A stretch of DNA of 64,000 bases from Bacillota bacterium (GCA_021797775.1 JAJZZC010000002.1:11761-75760); one strand, 5' to 3'; positions 37,547 through 47,234 are shown, numbered from the stretch's first letter. Made by a program: numbers and translations. The notes: generated by a model from the sequence alone, not told the origin.

Positions 37547-38677
37547 TTACTGCTGCACGGGGGGACAGGTCCCATTCGGGCAAGGGGCCAAGGCCACCGC
37601 CTGCTGCGCGCCGTTCACCCGGATCACGAGTTGGGGGCCCGATGTCGGGGTGCCCGCCGGCACCACGAACAGCATCGCGCCGTTGAAAACCTGCCCGGCG
37701 GCCAGGGTCACCCCGGCCTGGAGGTTGGAGGGCGGCACGTAGCCGGGCAGCGAGGTGACGGCGTACGGCGCGATCGACAGGCTGCTGCTGAAGCCGAGGG
37801 CGAAGTCGCTGGCGCTGAACGAGATGGCACCGGGACCGGGGTTATCGATCCCGAAGTCCACGATCCAGAAGCTCGTGGTCGGGTCGAAATTCGCCGGCTG
37901 CAGGTCGGGGGTGATGCGGTTCGTCCGCACCAACGCGCGCACGAGCAGCTCCTGCACGCTGGAGTTCCAGAGGCCACTGAGCGCGTACGTCGCGTTGATC
38001 GTCTGCACACCGGTGGCCACGCTGTTGGCGGGCAGCACCGTCGACAGCCGGGTACTCGTAAAGCCGCTGCTCGTGACGCGGTAGGCATTGAAGCCCAACG
38101 CGTAGGCTGGGGGCGCGGCCGAGGCCGGCATGTCGAAGACCAGGTACCCGTCAAAGGTCAGGCCTGGGTTGAGGGTAGTCGGCTGCGGGCCGCTGAGCGT
38201 CGAATCGGGCGTGTATTCGTCGCCGTTCGGCCCGATCAGCAGGAGCGGCGGCTGGGCGCTGGACATCGTCACCGGCTGCTTACCCCGGTTGGTGGCCTGG
38301 TACTGGACGATCCAGTAAACGGTCGAGGTGTTCTGCGAGCCCGGATAGGTGCGGACCTGCAGCCCCGTCGCGGCGTATGCCACCCCCTGAAAGACGAAGC
38401 CGATCGCCGCGGCGGAGCCGCTGGCGCCGATGTCCAGCACGCGCCGCGTCCCGTTCCAGGTCACCGGCACGCCGAAGGCGTCCGCCACGTCCGCAACCGG
38501 CAGGTAGACCTTGCCGCCGGACACCAGCGGCGGCTCGGGCAACTGCACGACCTGGCCGTTGACGCGCACGGTCACCGCGGGAGCCTTGGCCGCAGCGGCG
38601 GCCCCGCCGGCCGTGCCCGCCAGCAGCGCCCCACCCACGGCCGCCGCGAAACCGCGCCGCGAAATCCGATCCACCAC
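37547..38677 (-). CDS. Secreted protein with a Tat-like signal and a copper-amine-oxidase N-terminal-like domain
   Basis: RRGFAAAVGGALLAGTAGGAAAAAKA signal; VRVNGQVVQLPEPPLVSGGKVYLPVADVADAFGVPVTWNG. GTG at 38677 with AAGGGGGAAG upstream. Confidence 0.75.
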   Translation of the reverse strand: MVDRISRRGFAAAVGGALLAGTAGGAAAAAKAPAVTVRVNGQVVQLPEPPLVSGGKVYLPVADVADAFGVPVTWNGTRRVLDIGASGSAAAIGFVFQGVAYAATGLQVRTYPGSQNTSTVYWIVQYQATNRGKQPVTMSSAQPPLLLIGPNGDEYTPDSTLSGPQPTTLNPGLTFDGYLVFDMPASAAPPAYALGFNAYRVTSSGFTSTRLSTVLPANSVATGVQTINATYALSGLWNSSVQELLVRALVRTNRITPDLQPANFDPTTSFWIVDFGIDNPGPGAISFSASDFALGFSSSLSIAPYAVTSLPGYVPPSNLQAGVTLAAGQVFNGAMLFVVPAGTPTSGPQLVIRVNGAQQAVALAPCPNGTCPPVQQ

Positions 38678-39184
38678 GTGTCTTCCCCCTTGGCGCCGGC
38701 CTCGCGGGCACCCTCTCGCCGGCGCTTCACACCCCGCGAGCCATTCGAAGGGCAAGTTGCCAACCGGGACCGGCGCCAGCGGCGCGCGGGGCCCCCCACG
38801 ACCGCGCACCACCCTAGCCCCCCTGCCGGCCGGTCCCGCACGAACCTCTCACCCGCCGCCCCCCTGGCACCCGGCCGGTCAACGACCGAGCGGCCTCACG
38901 CCGCGGGGGGACATCCACGGGCGCTTTGCCCGTTGGTTGGGCAACGGGTTGCCAAATTCCTGCTGTGCATGCCTCTTTTGGCGTAACCGCCTTCGGGCAA
39001 ACCTCCGGCGTCGTGGCGCCATTCCCTCAACAGGACCGAGCGCCGCCCCCTGCGCGACAGATCGCCGCTCCCGTAGACGGCGCCGTCCCCGGGGCCGGCA
39101 GCGCGGCAGCGGCTGCGGTGCCCGGTGCGCCACCGCGGGCGACCGGACCAGCCCGCTCGTGTTGGCGCTCGGGTCCGGACCGGA

Positions 39185-40744
39185 TCAGCCCGGTGGCGCG
39201 CGGCGCGGCATGCCACGTCCTCCTCCGCCCCTCCCGGGCGCCGCGGGTCCCGCGGACAAGGCCCGCAGGATCCGGTCCAACGCGGCGCGCACCAGCGGGA
39301 CACGCTGGCGCGCGATGGGGTGGTGGCTGTAGCGCGCCTCCTCGTACGCCCGGGTCAGCGCCGCGGCGTCCGGCGCGGCGCCGCCCACGCGCTCCGCCAC
39401 CTGCAGTTCGAAACGGGCGGGGCTTTCGCCCGGCGCCCGCGCCACCCCAGCGCCTGCCGCGTGGCGCAACAGGCGGCGGTAGCTGGCGCGCACCGCGCGC
39501 CGCGGGTCCAGCAGGCTGAAGGGCGCATCGTCGGGCGGACCCGAGGCCGCCATGGCGCCGTCCCCTGCGCGCGCCCCCGCCAGCCGCGAGGCCGGGGGGC
39601 GAAGGGCGTCCAGCCAGCGCCAGAAGGCCAAGATGGACACCAGCGCCTCCCACAGGCGCCGGAACAGCCCGCCCAGCCCCCCGCCGATCTCCCGCGCAAA
39701 GCGCAGGTACTGGACCAGCACCACGGAAAGCACAACCGCGGCTACGCCGAGGATCAGCCAATCCTGCAGATCGAAGGCCAGAAAGCGCAGGATGCCGGGT
39801 GATACCCCACTCCCACTCTGCCCGACGGGCAAGGGCAGCGCCACACCCGCCACGGGGATGGCTCCTGGCGTCGGGGCCGTCCGGTGCGGCAACGCGGATG
39901 GCGTTGCCCGGTGCAGGAACAGCACCTTCAACAGCAGGCGCACGGCGTCGGGGATCCCGCGCGGCACCAGGGCCGGGACAGCGGGGACCGCTATAGCCAC
40001 GGCCAGCACGGCGGCGGATAGGGCGCCTGCCCAGCGGAGGGCGGCAACGGCGTCGGCGCGCTCCCAGTCGAAGCCTTCGTTGGCGCAAAGCCGCCGTAGC
40101 GCATGGAGGTGGCTGCCCGCGGCCAGGGCCAGCCCGCCGCCGGCGGCCAGGGCCAGCGCGGGCGTGACGCCGGGGGCGCGACCGGCCAGCGCGGCGGCGG
40201 CGGCCGCCAAGACCCAGGTCTCCAGCACGATGCGCCGCGTCTCGGGCGCCTGGCGGGACCAGTCCCCGGTGGCATCGTCCTCCGGGAGGCGCACCGCCGA
40301 AGCCAGGTGCGCGCCGACAGTCTCCGCCGCTCGCGCCGAGAGCGCGCAGAGGGCGACGCCTGGGATCAGCGCGAGCGCCGCCCGCCGCGGCGCCGCGAAG
40401 ACCAGCGCCGCGGCGCCGGCGAACACCAGGGCCGCCACGGCCGGGCGCCACCACTCGGGGGGCCGCGCCGGGTCCAGAGCCACGCTGGCGGCCTGGGAGA
40501 AGGCAAGAACGCCCACGACCACCAGGACGGCGGCAGCGAGGAGAGGGGGCGGCGCCGCCTTCGCCCGCACATGCAGCCACGCCAAGCCAAAGAGATACCC
40601 CGAGCCGGCCAGAAGCGCCAGCAGGGCGGGGAGGACCCAACCGGACTCCGCGGCGACCGATCCCCCGTGGGGACGCGCGGCTGGCGGCGAACGCAGCGGC
40701 GCGCCTGGTGACGGGCCGCTGCGCTCACTGGAAGGAGACGCCAT
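39185..40744 (-). CDS. Polytopic membrane protein with a C-terminal DUF4129-like domain
   Basis: Multiple TM helices followed by RASYRRLLRHAAGAGVARAPGESPARFELQV...AYEEARYSHHPI. It overlaps the DUF58 stop. Confidence 0.7.
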   Translation of the reverse strand: MASPSSERSGPSPGAPLRSPPAARPHGGSVAAESGWVLPALLALLAGSGYLFGLAWLHVRAKAAPPPLLAAAVLVVVGVLAFSQAASVALDPARPPEWWRPAVAALVFAGAAALVFAAPRRAALALIPGVALCALSARAAETVGAHLASAVRLPEDDATGDWSRQAPETRRIVLETWVLAAAAAALAGRAPGVTPALALAAGGGLALAAGSHLHALRRLCANEGFDWERADAVAALRWAGALSAAVLAVAIAVPAVPALVPRGIPDAVRLLLKVLFLHRATPSALPHRTAPTPGAIPVAGVALPLPVGQSGSGVSPGILRFLAFDLQDWLILGVAAVVLSVVLVQYLRFAREIGGGLGGLFRRLWEALVSILAFWRWLDALRPPASRLAGARAGDGAMAASGPPDDAPFSLLDPRRAVRASYRRLLRHAAGAGVARAPGESPARFELQVAERVGGAAPDAAALTRAYEEARYSHHPIARQRVPLVRAALDRILRALSAGPAAPGRGGGGRGMPRRAPPG

Positions 40745-41930
40745 CTCCCACATGCACCTCCACGGTACGCACCCGCGTGCCGGCCAGGCCGGGGGGCCGG
40801 CCCATGCGGCGCTCGCATACCAGCAAGGTGACGGGATGCCCGCGTGCGGCCAGTGTTTCCGCCACCGCGTGCAGTGCGGGCGTGTCCCGCGGCACGAGCA
40901 CGAGCACTTCCGCGCCCCACGGCATGCCCGCCGCCTCGTCGCGCAGCCGGGCGGCAAAGTCCCCTCCATCGGCGAGAGACAGGGCCGCCAGGGCCTCCAG
41001 CACGCGCAGCGGGTGGCCGGCGTCCGCGCGCGGCCGGAACCGCACCCAGGCGCCGGGAGCCACTGCCCGGCTGCCGTGCACCGACCGTTCGGCGAGGCCG
41101 CCCCAGGCGGCGAAACCGACGGCCTGGCCCTCCTGGCGGCGTTGCCAGAGCAGGGAGGCGGCCAGGGTCACGGCCTGTTCGCTGAGTTCGTGCCGGCGCA
41201 GCGGATCCCAGTCCGCGCCATCGAGGTCGAGCAGGATCCACGCGGTGCTCTCGCGTACCGGCGGGAACTCCCGCACCTGCAGCTCGCCACGCCGGGCCGT
41301 GGCCTTCCAAGCGATAGACCGCATGGGGTCCCCCCGCCGGTAGGGGCGTAGGTCCACGGGCAGATCGTCGCGAAACGGGCTGCCGGGCTCGCGGCGCGGG
41401 CCGACCGGCAGGCGGCGTTCCGGCCGCAGCGGTGGGAGGCGCAGCAGGGCCGGGTAGACAACGAAGCGGGCGTGGACCGGCGCGTCGGCGCTCTCGCTGC
41501 GGAGCCCGAACCAGTCTGCGAAGACGATGCGCGTGTCGCCGATGCGGTACACGCCCCGGCGCAGGCCGGCGATGCGCATGGTGAAGCGCCGCACGGAGCG
41601 CGGCCCCAGGCTCACCACGCGGCGGAACGCCCCCGGTACCCCTTCGGGGAGGCGCAGGTGGAGCAACAGCAACGGGATCGGCCAGCGCGAGCCGTTGGAG
41701 ACCGTGACCACGACGGTGGCGGGCGCACCCAGAAAGACGTGGTGGTCAGCGAGGCGATAGCCCACCGCCACCCCGCCCGAGGCGGCCTGCACGGCGCGGG
41801 TGGCTAGGTACAGGGTCAGACCGACGACGATGAGCAGGAAGTCGGCGCCCCGCCCGCCGAGGAAGAGAACGCACAGCACCAATAGCCAGAGCGCGCGCCG
41901 CCAGGTGAGCAAGACGCGGGGCGGCGGCAT
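40725..41930 (-). CDS. DUF58 (vWA-like) protein
   Basis: DLRPYRRGDPMRSIAWKATARRGELQVREF is the DUF58 signature, with two N-terminal TM helices. ATG at 41930. The 603-aa track ORF is an over-extension. Confidence 0.85.
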   Translation of the reverse strand: MPPPRVLLTWRRALWLLVLCVLFLGGRGADFLLIVVGLTLYLATRAVQAASGGVAVGYRLADHHVFLGAPATVVVTVSNGSRWPIPLLLLHLRLPEGVPGAFRRVVSLGPRSVRRFTMRIAGLRRGVYRIGDTRIVFADWFGLRSESADAPVHARFVVYPALLRLPPLRPERRLPVGPRREPGSPFRDDLPVDLRPYRRGDPMRSIAWKATARRGELQVREFPPVRESTAWILLDLDGADWDPLRRHELSEQAVTLAASLLWQRRQEGQAVGFAAWGGLAERSVHGSRAVAPGAWVRFRPRADAGHPLRVLEALAALSLADGGDFAARLRDEAAGMPWGAEVLVLVPRDTPALHAVAETLAARGHPVTLLVCERRMGRPPGLAGTRVRTVEVHVGDGVSFQ

Positions 41931-42828
41931 GACACCCGCGGACGCAGAGGCGTCACCGGTCGCCGTGACCGGGCTCGCGTTCGCCACGGGATCGCCCCCC
42001 GGCGGAGGGATGGTTCGCCGCGCACCCATCCAGACGATGCACGTTCGGCGTGATCCGTTCATCCCCTGGCGGTGCGGGGCGCAGAGCGGGCCAGGGGTCG
42101 TCACGTATGTTGGCGCGCAAGGAGATGCGGGGAGACGCCAGCCGGCCGCAGGAGCCCGGCGTCCGGGACGCGCCCGCAGGGCGCGCGCAGCCCTCGCGCC
42201 GCGTGCAGGCTCGTGTAGGCTTGGTGCCGCAGGCGGTGCCCCTTTGGGATCTTTCCAACCAGCGCCAGGCGGACCCGTGGCGCCGGAACGAGGGGACCTG
42301 GCTAGAGACCGACGGCGCGCCTGTTCGGGGCCGCGGTACGCACGGCTTTCAACCGGCTGGCGGATGGGCTGATGAGGGCGGCGCGCGGCAAGCCGGCCGC
42401 GGCTTCGGCAGACGGGACCGCCCCTTCGGAGCCGGCGGCATCGGTCGAGATCTGCGGGCACCCGCTGCACCAGGTCGTAGGGGACATCGACCTGCGCATC
42501 GCGGGCGTGGGACGCATGGCGCACATCCTGCCGCACACGGCGGCGTGCAGTTGCGGCTACGCGCGGCCGCTCGTCCCGGAGGTGTGGGCGCCGTGGTGGG
42601 AGCGTACTTCCGCCGACATCCGGAGGCTAACGAGGTCGACGTCGCGGCGCCGCGGTTTTGGACGGAAGCGGAGGGCGGCGCGATGCGGTAGGCCGGGACC
42701 CGCGGGGCGGAAGACGGTGCACCACGCGCGGGGGAGGGATCCACTGTCGGGGTCGAGGACCTGAAGGGGACCGTGCCGGCGCTCGGTCCCAGCGGGTCGG
42801 TCCGTCAGGAACGGTCTCCGAGGGCTTT

Positions 42829-42865
42829 GGTGGAGGGGGCGGGCGGACCACCCGCCCCCTCCACC
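42829..42865. terminator. Strong GC hairpin abutting the NHL gene stop
   Basis: ggtggagggggcggg-cggaccac-ccgccccctccacc. Confidence 0.45.
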
Positions 42866-43780
42866 TCAGACCCGGCGCAACTTGCTCACCCGCCCGTCCG
42901 CCACCCACTCCACGACATACAGGTCGCCACGGCTGTCCACGCACGCGGCGTGCGGTGCGATGAAGCGCCCCGGCTGGCGCTGATCCGCCGGGATGTTGGG
43001 CCAACCCGGGCGTTCCCATACACCGGGGTCATCGCCCAAGTGGCAGACAGGCCGGTCGTCGGCGTCGAGGATGGTCACCCGTGCGTGCAGGTCGGGGACG
43101 ACCAACTCCTCCCCGAACTGGTATAGGGAGCAGGGCAGGCGCAGTTCGCTCTGGATAAAGCCCATGTGCCGCCCGTCCAGCGTGAAGGCCTGTAGGCGGT
43201 GGTTGCCCCGGTCCGCCACCAGCAGCCGGGGGGTCGCGGCACGCGTATCGACCCAGAGCCCGTGGGGGCACTGCAGCTTCCCCGGCTCGGCGCCGGCGCC
43301 GCCCCACGAGCGGATGTACCGGGCGTCGCGGTCGTACTGGTGCACCCAGCTCTGCCCGTAGCCATCCCCCACGTAGAAGTCCCCGTTGGGGGCGACGCAG
43401 ACGTCCGTAGGCCGGTAGCGGTCGGGGGTGGGGTAGACCTCGGGCAGGTCGGGGACGCCGAGGCGCCAGAGGATACGCCCGTCCAGGGTCGCCTTGGCGA
43501 CCAGGTGCCGCTCGGGGTCGGCGAGGTAAAGGAACTCGCCGCCGGGCTCGCGGCTCAAGAACAGACCATGGGCCCCTCCGGCGAACTCCTCGCCCCAGGA
43601 ACCAAGGAAACGGCCCTCGCGGTCGAAGACGGCCACCGCGTCCCGGCTGCGGTTGTGTACATACACCCGGTCCTGGGAGTCGACCACGACGCCGTGCGTG
43701 TAGCCGAAGGAAACACCAGACGGGGGTCGGCCCCAGTCGGGAACGAGCTCGTAGACGTGGGAGCCGCCGCCAAGACGCAC
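42866..43780 (-). CDS. NHL-repeat six-bladed beta-propeller protein (peptidyl-alpha-hydroxyglycine lyase-like)
   Basis: Repeated blades: GVVVDSQDRVYVHNR, LYLADPERHLV, DFYVGDGYGQSWVHQY, LLVADRGNHRLQAF, DLYVVEW. GTG at 43780 with AGGGGG 7 nt upstream. Confidence 0.75.
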   Translation of the reverse strand: MRLGGGSHVYELVPDWGRPPSGVSFGYTHGVVVDSQDRVYVHNRSRDAVAVFDREGRFLGSWGEEFAGGAHGLFLSREPGGEFLYLADPERHLVAKATLDGRILWRLGVPDLPEVYPTPDRYRPTDVCVAPNGDFYVGDGYGQSWVHQYDRDARYIRSWGGAGAEPGKLQCPHGLWVDTRAATPRLLVADRGNHRLQAFTLDGRHMGFIQSELRLPCSLYQFGEELVVPDLHARVTILDADDRPVCHLGDDPGVWERPGWPNIPADQRQPGRFIAPHAACVDSRGDLYVVEWVADGRVSKLRRV

Positions 43781-44038
43781 GGGATCGCCCCCTAGAAAGA
43801 GGTTTGCGCGGGGGTAGCGGGCGTCGCCGCGCCCCGCCCGTTCGAGCACACAAAACGGACACGTGACGGATGCCCGGCATGCACGCTCCGCCACCGGTCA
43901 CGATCATCAGCCGTGCCCCCCTGGGGTCCGCAGCCGGCGGGAGACGGGCAGCGCACCGGCCCCGGCGGAAGGGGCGGATGCCCGTCTCGGCACGTGGGCC
44001 CAGGGGGCGCCCCACCAGGGATCCCCCAGGCGGCGGGA

Positions 44039-44082
44039 TGGACTCGAACCGTAGAGGCAGCGATCCCCGTCCGCGGCCACAG
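44039..44082 (-). other. tRNA/tmRNA 3'-end-like fragment (T-arm-like GGTTCGAGTCC), not a functional tRNA
   Basis: Minus strand reads GGACGGGGATCGCTGCCTCTACGGTTCGAGTCCATCCCGCCGCC. No complete cloverleaf can be drawn. Confidence 0.3.
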
Positions 44083-44141
44083 GAACGGTGGCGGCTTCGC
44101 CCCCGTGCACGAGCCGTCCTCCTCGGAGGGCTGCAAACGCA

Positions 44142-44229
44142 GGGTCGCGTCATTCCGGCGGGGGGCGTTCGCCCAGACGGCGCCACGAGCGGGGGTGACT
44201 TCGGAGCGGTACGCCGGTCCGCTCGCGCC
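44142..44229 (+). repeat. Second copy of the 88-nt repeat core (partner 7131..7217)
   Basis: GGGTCGCGTCATTCCGGCGGGGGGCGTTCGCCCAGACGGCGCCACGAGCGGGGGTGACTTCGGAGCGGTACGCCGGTCCGCTCGCGCC. It differs from copy 1 by one substitution and one indel. Confidence 0.9.
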
Positions 44230-44545
44230 CGCGGACTGTCGGACGGCGGCGACCTGCGCCACGTTCAGAGCCCAAGCCCCCCATTGAAACGACGCCGCCC
44301 GGCGCACCGTCCCCAGCCTGCAGGACCGTCTGGCGCCGGACGGGAATGTCCGGCCGCGCCGTGGGAGGGTGGTGCCTGCAGCAAGAAGGACACCCCGATA
44401 CCGCGTGTCGCCGGAGCCGGCCGCGCACCCGAGGCGGGGCCCGCGCAGCCCTCAGTGCGCTCTCGCCAGCCCCGGCGCCCGCGCGATTGGCCACCCCCCG
44501 GCCGCCGTCCGAGTGTAGGGTTGGCTGGTTAAGGAGGGAATCGCC

Positions 44546-45814
44546 ATGCCCGAGGTCGCCGCAGCGACGCCGCCCGTCCCGGCGGGCTTCAACGCCAACG
44601 TCGACTGGTTTGTGCACGACCGCTTCGGCCTGTTCATCCACTGGGGCATCTACGCCCTGCCCGCACGCCACGAGTGGGTCCGCAACCGCGAACGCATCAC
44701 GGAGGAGCGGTACCAGCGCTATTTCGATCATTTCGACCCCGACCTCTTTGAGCCTCGCGCGTGGGCGGCGCTGGCCAGGCAGGCCGGGATGCGCTACATG
44801 GTGGTGACGAGCAAGCACCACGACGGCTTCTGCCTCTGGGACTCGGCCCTCACCAACTACAAGGCGCCCAACACCCCCGCGCGCCGTGACCTGTTGCGCC
44901 CACTGCTCGACGCCTTCCGCGCCGAGGGCCTCAAGGTCGGCCTCTATCACTCGCTGATCGATTGGCACCACCCCGAGTACCCGGTGGACGGCCTGCACCC
45001 GCAGCGCGATGACCTGGAGTTCCGTGAGCGGCATCGGCAGCGGGACATGGCCCAGTACGTGGAGTATCTACACGGCCAGGTACGCGAGCTGCTCACCGGC
45101 TACGGGCGCATCGACTACATGTGGTTCGACTTCTCCTACCCCGGCCAGGACTGGGGCTGGTCCAAGGGCAAGGGCCGCGCGGACTGGCAGTCCGAACGCC
45201 TGGAGACCATGGTGCGCGAGTTGCAGCCGCACATCCTGCTCAACGACCGCCTGGACCTGGGACGCGGCATCAAGACCCCGGAACAGTTCCAGCCGCGCCG
45301 CAGCACGCCCGGCACATACCAATTGTGGGAAGCCTGCCAGACCATGAACGGGTCCTGGGGCTATGACCGCGACAACCTGGACTGGAAGCCGGCCAGCCTG
45401 CTGGTGCGCATGCTGGTCGACGGCGTGTCCAAGGGGGGCAACCTCCTCCTCAACGTCGGTCCGACGGCGCGCGGCGAGTTCGACCCGCGTTCGCGAGACC
45501 GGCTGCTCGCCATCGGCGATTGGATGCGCCACCACGACCGCGCCATCTACGGCTGTGGGCAGAGCGCGTTCTCCGCCCCCGACGACTGCCGCTACACCCA
45601 GCGCGGCGACCGGCTCTACCTGCACCTCTTGGCCTGGCCCTTCCGCCACGTGCACCTCGAAGGCCTGGCCGGCCGCGTGGCATACGCGCAGTTGCTGCAC
45701 GACGCCTCGGAGGTCCGCTACCACGAGCGCGCCGAAGAGGGCGTGCTCACCCTCGACCTACCGGTCCAGCGCCCCGATGTCCTGGTACCGGTGGTGGAAC
45801 TGTTCCTGCGGTAA
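44546..45814 (+). CDS. Alpha-L-fucosidase (GH29), no signal peptide
   Basis: Contains RFGLFIHWGIYALPA, YMVVTSKHHDGFCLWDS and GNLLLNVGP. AAGGAGGG RBS. Confidence 0.92.
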   Translation: MPEVAAATPPVPAGFNANVDWFVHDRFGLFIHWGIYALPARHEWVRNRERITEERYQRYFDHFDPDLFEPRAWAALARQAGMRYMVVTSKHHDGFCLWDSALTNYKAPNTPARRDLLRPLLDAFRAEGLKVGLYHSLIDWHHPEYPVDGLHPQRDDLEFRERHRQRDMAQYVEYLHGQVRELLTGYGRIDYMWFDFSYPGQDWGWSKGKGRADWQSERLETMVRELQPHILLNDRLDLGRGIKTPEQFQPRRSTPGTYQLWEACQTMNGSWGYDRDNLDWKPASLLVRMLVDGVSKGGNLLLNVGPTARGEFDPRSRDRLLAIGDWMRHHDRAIYGCGQSAFSAPDDCRYTQRGDRLYLHLLAWPFRHVHLEGLAGRVAYAQLLHDASEVRYHERAEEGVLTLDLPVQRPDVLVPVVELFLR

Positions 45815-45942
45815 GGCCGCAGCGCCAGGGTTCGGCGGAAGCCCTGCGAGGCGGACATCCGCCTGTCCGGCTCCCGCCGAGCGCTGCGCGACACGCCGAC
45901 CGCCCCTTCGGTCATACGCTGGGTCGGCATGGGGGGATATGC

Positions 45943-46767
45943 ATGCCGACCCTTGTCGACCTCGGCATGGTCGAGGGCACCTGGAGTGAGGCTTGCGCCG
46001 TCGGCAGCCGGAGCCAGTTCGTCGGGGGCGCCGAGAGGGCGGACCACGCGGTGCGGGCCTTCCTCTGGCGGGCGGGCGCCGTGGTGGAGCTGGGCACATT
46101 GGGCGGGGCCTTCAGCGAGGCACACGCCATTAACCAACGCGGAGACGTCGTCGGCTGCGCCGAGACACCTGGAGGGGCGCAACACGCCGTCCTATGGCGT
46201 AACGGAGCGCTGCTCGATCTGGGCACCCTGGGCGGCACGTTCAGCCACGCGTACGGCGTCAACGCCCGTGGCGAGGTCGTCGGTGGCGCGGAGGCCTCCA
46301 GCGGTGGTCTCCGGGCCTTCCTCTGGCGAAATGGGACGATGTTCGACCTGGGCACGCTCGGTGGTACGTTCAGTGAGGCCTACGCCGTAAACGACCGCGG
46401 GCAGGTGGTGGGCTCGGCGGAAACCGCGGATGGCGCCGTCCACGCCTTCCTCTGGCAGATGGGGAAGATGACCGACCTCGGCACCCTGGGCGGCCTCCAC
46501 AGCCGCGCCGCGGGCGTTAACCGCCGGGGCTGGGTGGTCGGCGGGGCCGAGACCGAGGGCGGCACCGTGCACGCCTTTCTCTGGCGCGCCACTGGCATGC
46601 TAGACCTCGGGACCCTGGGAGGGGGCTTCAGCGACGCCGCTGCCGTGAACCTACGCGGACAGGTGGTCGGCAGCGCGGAAACAGCGACCGGCACCGTCCA
46701 CGCCTTTCTCTGGCAGAGCGGGCACCTGCTGGACCTTGGGACCCTGGGCGGCCCGGAGAGCCGCTGA
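45943..46767 (+). CDS. HAF-family repeat protein (six ~42-aa repeats). It starts and stops inside repeat units and has no signal peptide
   Basis: Repeats of HAFLW..G.M.DLGTLGG.FS.A.AVN.RGQVVG.AE. ATG at 45943 with GGGGGGA upstream. Confidence 0.75.
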   Translation: MPTLVDLGMVEGTWSEACAVGSRSQFVGGAERADHAVRAFLWRAGAVVELGTLGGAFSEAHAINQRGDVVGCAETPGGAQHAVLWRNGALLDLGTLGGTFSHAYGVNARGEVVGGAEASSGGLRAFLWRNGTMFDLGTLGGTFSEAYAVNDRGQVVGSAETADGAVHAFLWQMGKMTDLGTLGGLHSRAAGVNRRGWVVGGAETEGGTVHAFLWRATGMLDLGTLGGGFSDAAAVNLRGQVVGSAETATGTVHAFLWQSGHLLDLGTLGGPESR

Positions 46768-47024
46768 CCGTATCCGGGAGCCAGATCGCCCGCGCCGACC
46801 TCTACCTGACGCCCACGACGCCCTCCCCGGCCACCGTGCACGGCTTCATCCGCAACGCGGGCGGGGGCGGCATCGAAGGGGCCTGCGTCGGCCTGTACGC
46901 GATCAGCGGCTCGACCGAGACCCTCGTCCAGGAGACCCTGACCAACCCGGACGGCCTCTACCTCTTCGGGGACGTCAGCCCGGGGCAGTACGTCGTCAAG
47001 GCCAAGGACGAGGCCCTCCTGTAG
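46768..47024 (+). pseudogene. C-terminal fragment of a carboxypeptidase-regulatory-like (CarboxypepD_reg) repeat protein, out of frame with the HAF gene
   Basis: PLTVSGSQIARADLYLTPTTPSPATVHGFIRNAGGGGIEGACVGLY...YVVKAKDE parallels PVTVNGGAFVSISIAMLPVPVPQATVNGFITDAATGNPIPNACVGLY...YVVKAKAE of the next gene. Confidence 0.55.
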
Positions 47025-47234
47025 GAGGTCGCCATGGCCGGGGCGGCCGCGACCATCTTTGGAAAACATGGGGGAGGATAGCGGCAGCGGAGGCCGAGAG
47101 CGCATATTCGTCCCGTCGCCGCATACCGGCGCAGCAGCGCGAGCCGACCACGAGCCTCTGGACTCCGTCCGTGGACCGGGCGAGCGAATCTGCGCAGCAT
47201 GGCAACCGAGGCAGTTTCGCAGGAGGTGTAGACA

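Noticed and set aside
38937-38955. Sigma-54-type promoter (TGGCA-N-TTGC)
   Set aside because: The GG-to-GC spacing is 11 nt rather than the required 12. The second candidate is far shorter, and no enhancer-binding protein gene is nearby.
41931-42536. N-terminal 200-aa extension of the DUF58 ORF
   Set aside because: It is Arg-rich with lower GC3 and no DUF58 homology. ATG 41930 precedes the expected TM helices.
44007-44082. A 76-nt tRNA gene containing GGTTCGAGTCC
   Set aside because: The acceptor, D and anticodon stems cannot be paired, and the T-stem is mismatched. It was kept only as a fragment or scar.
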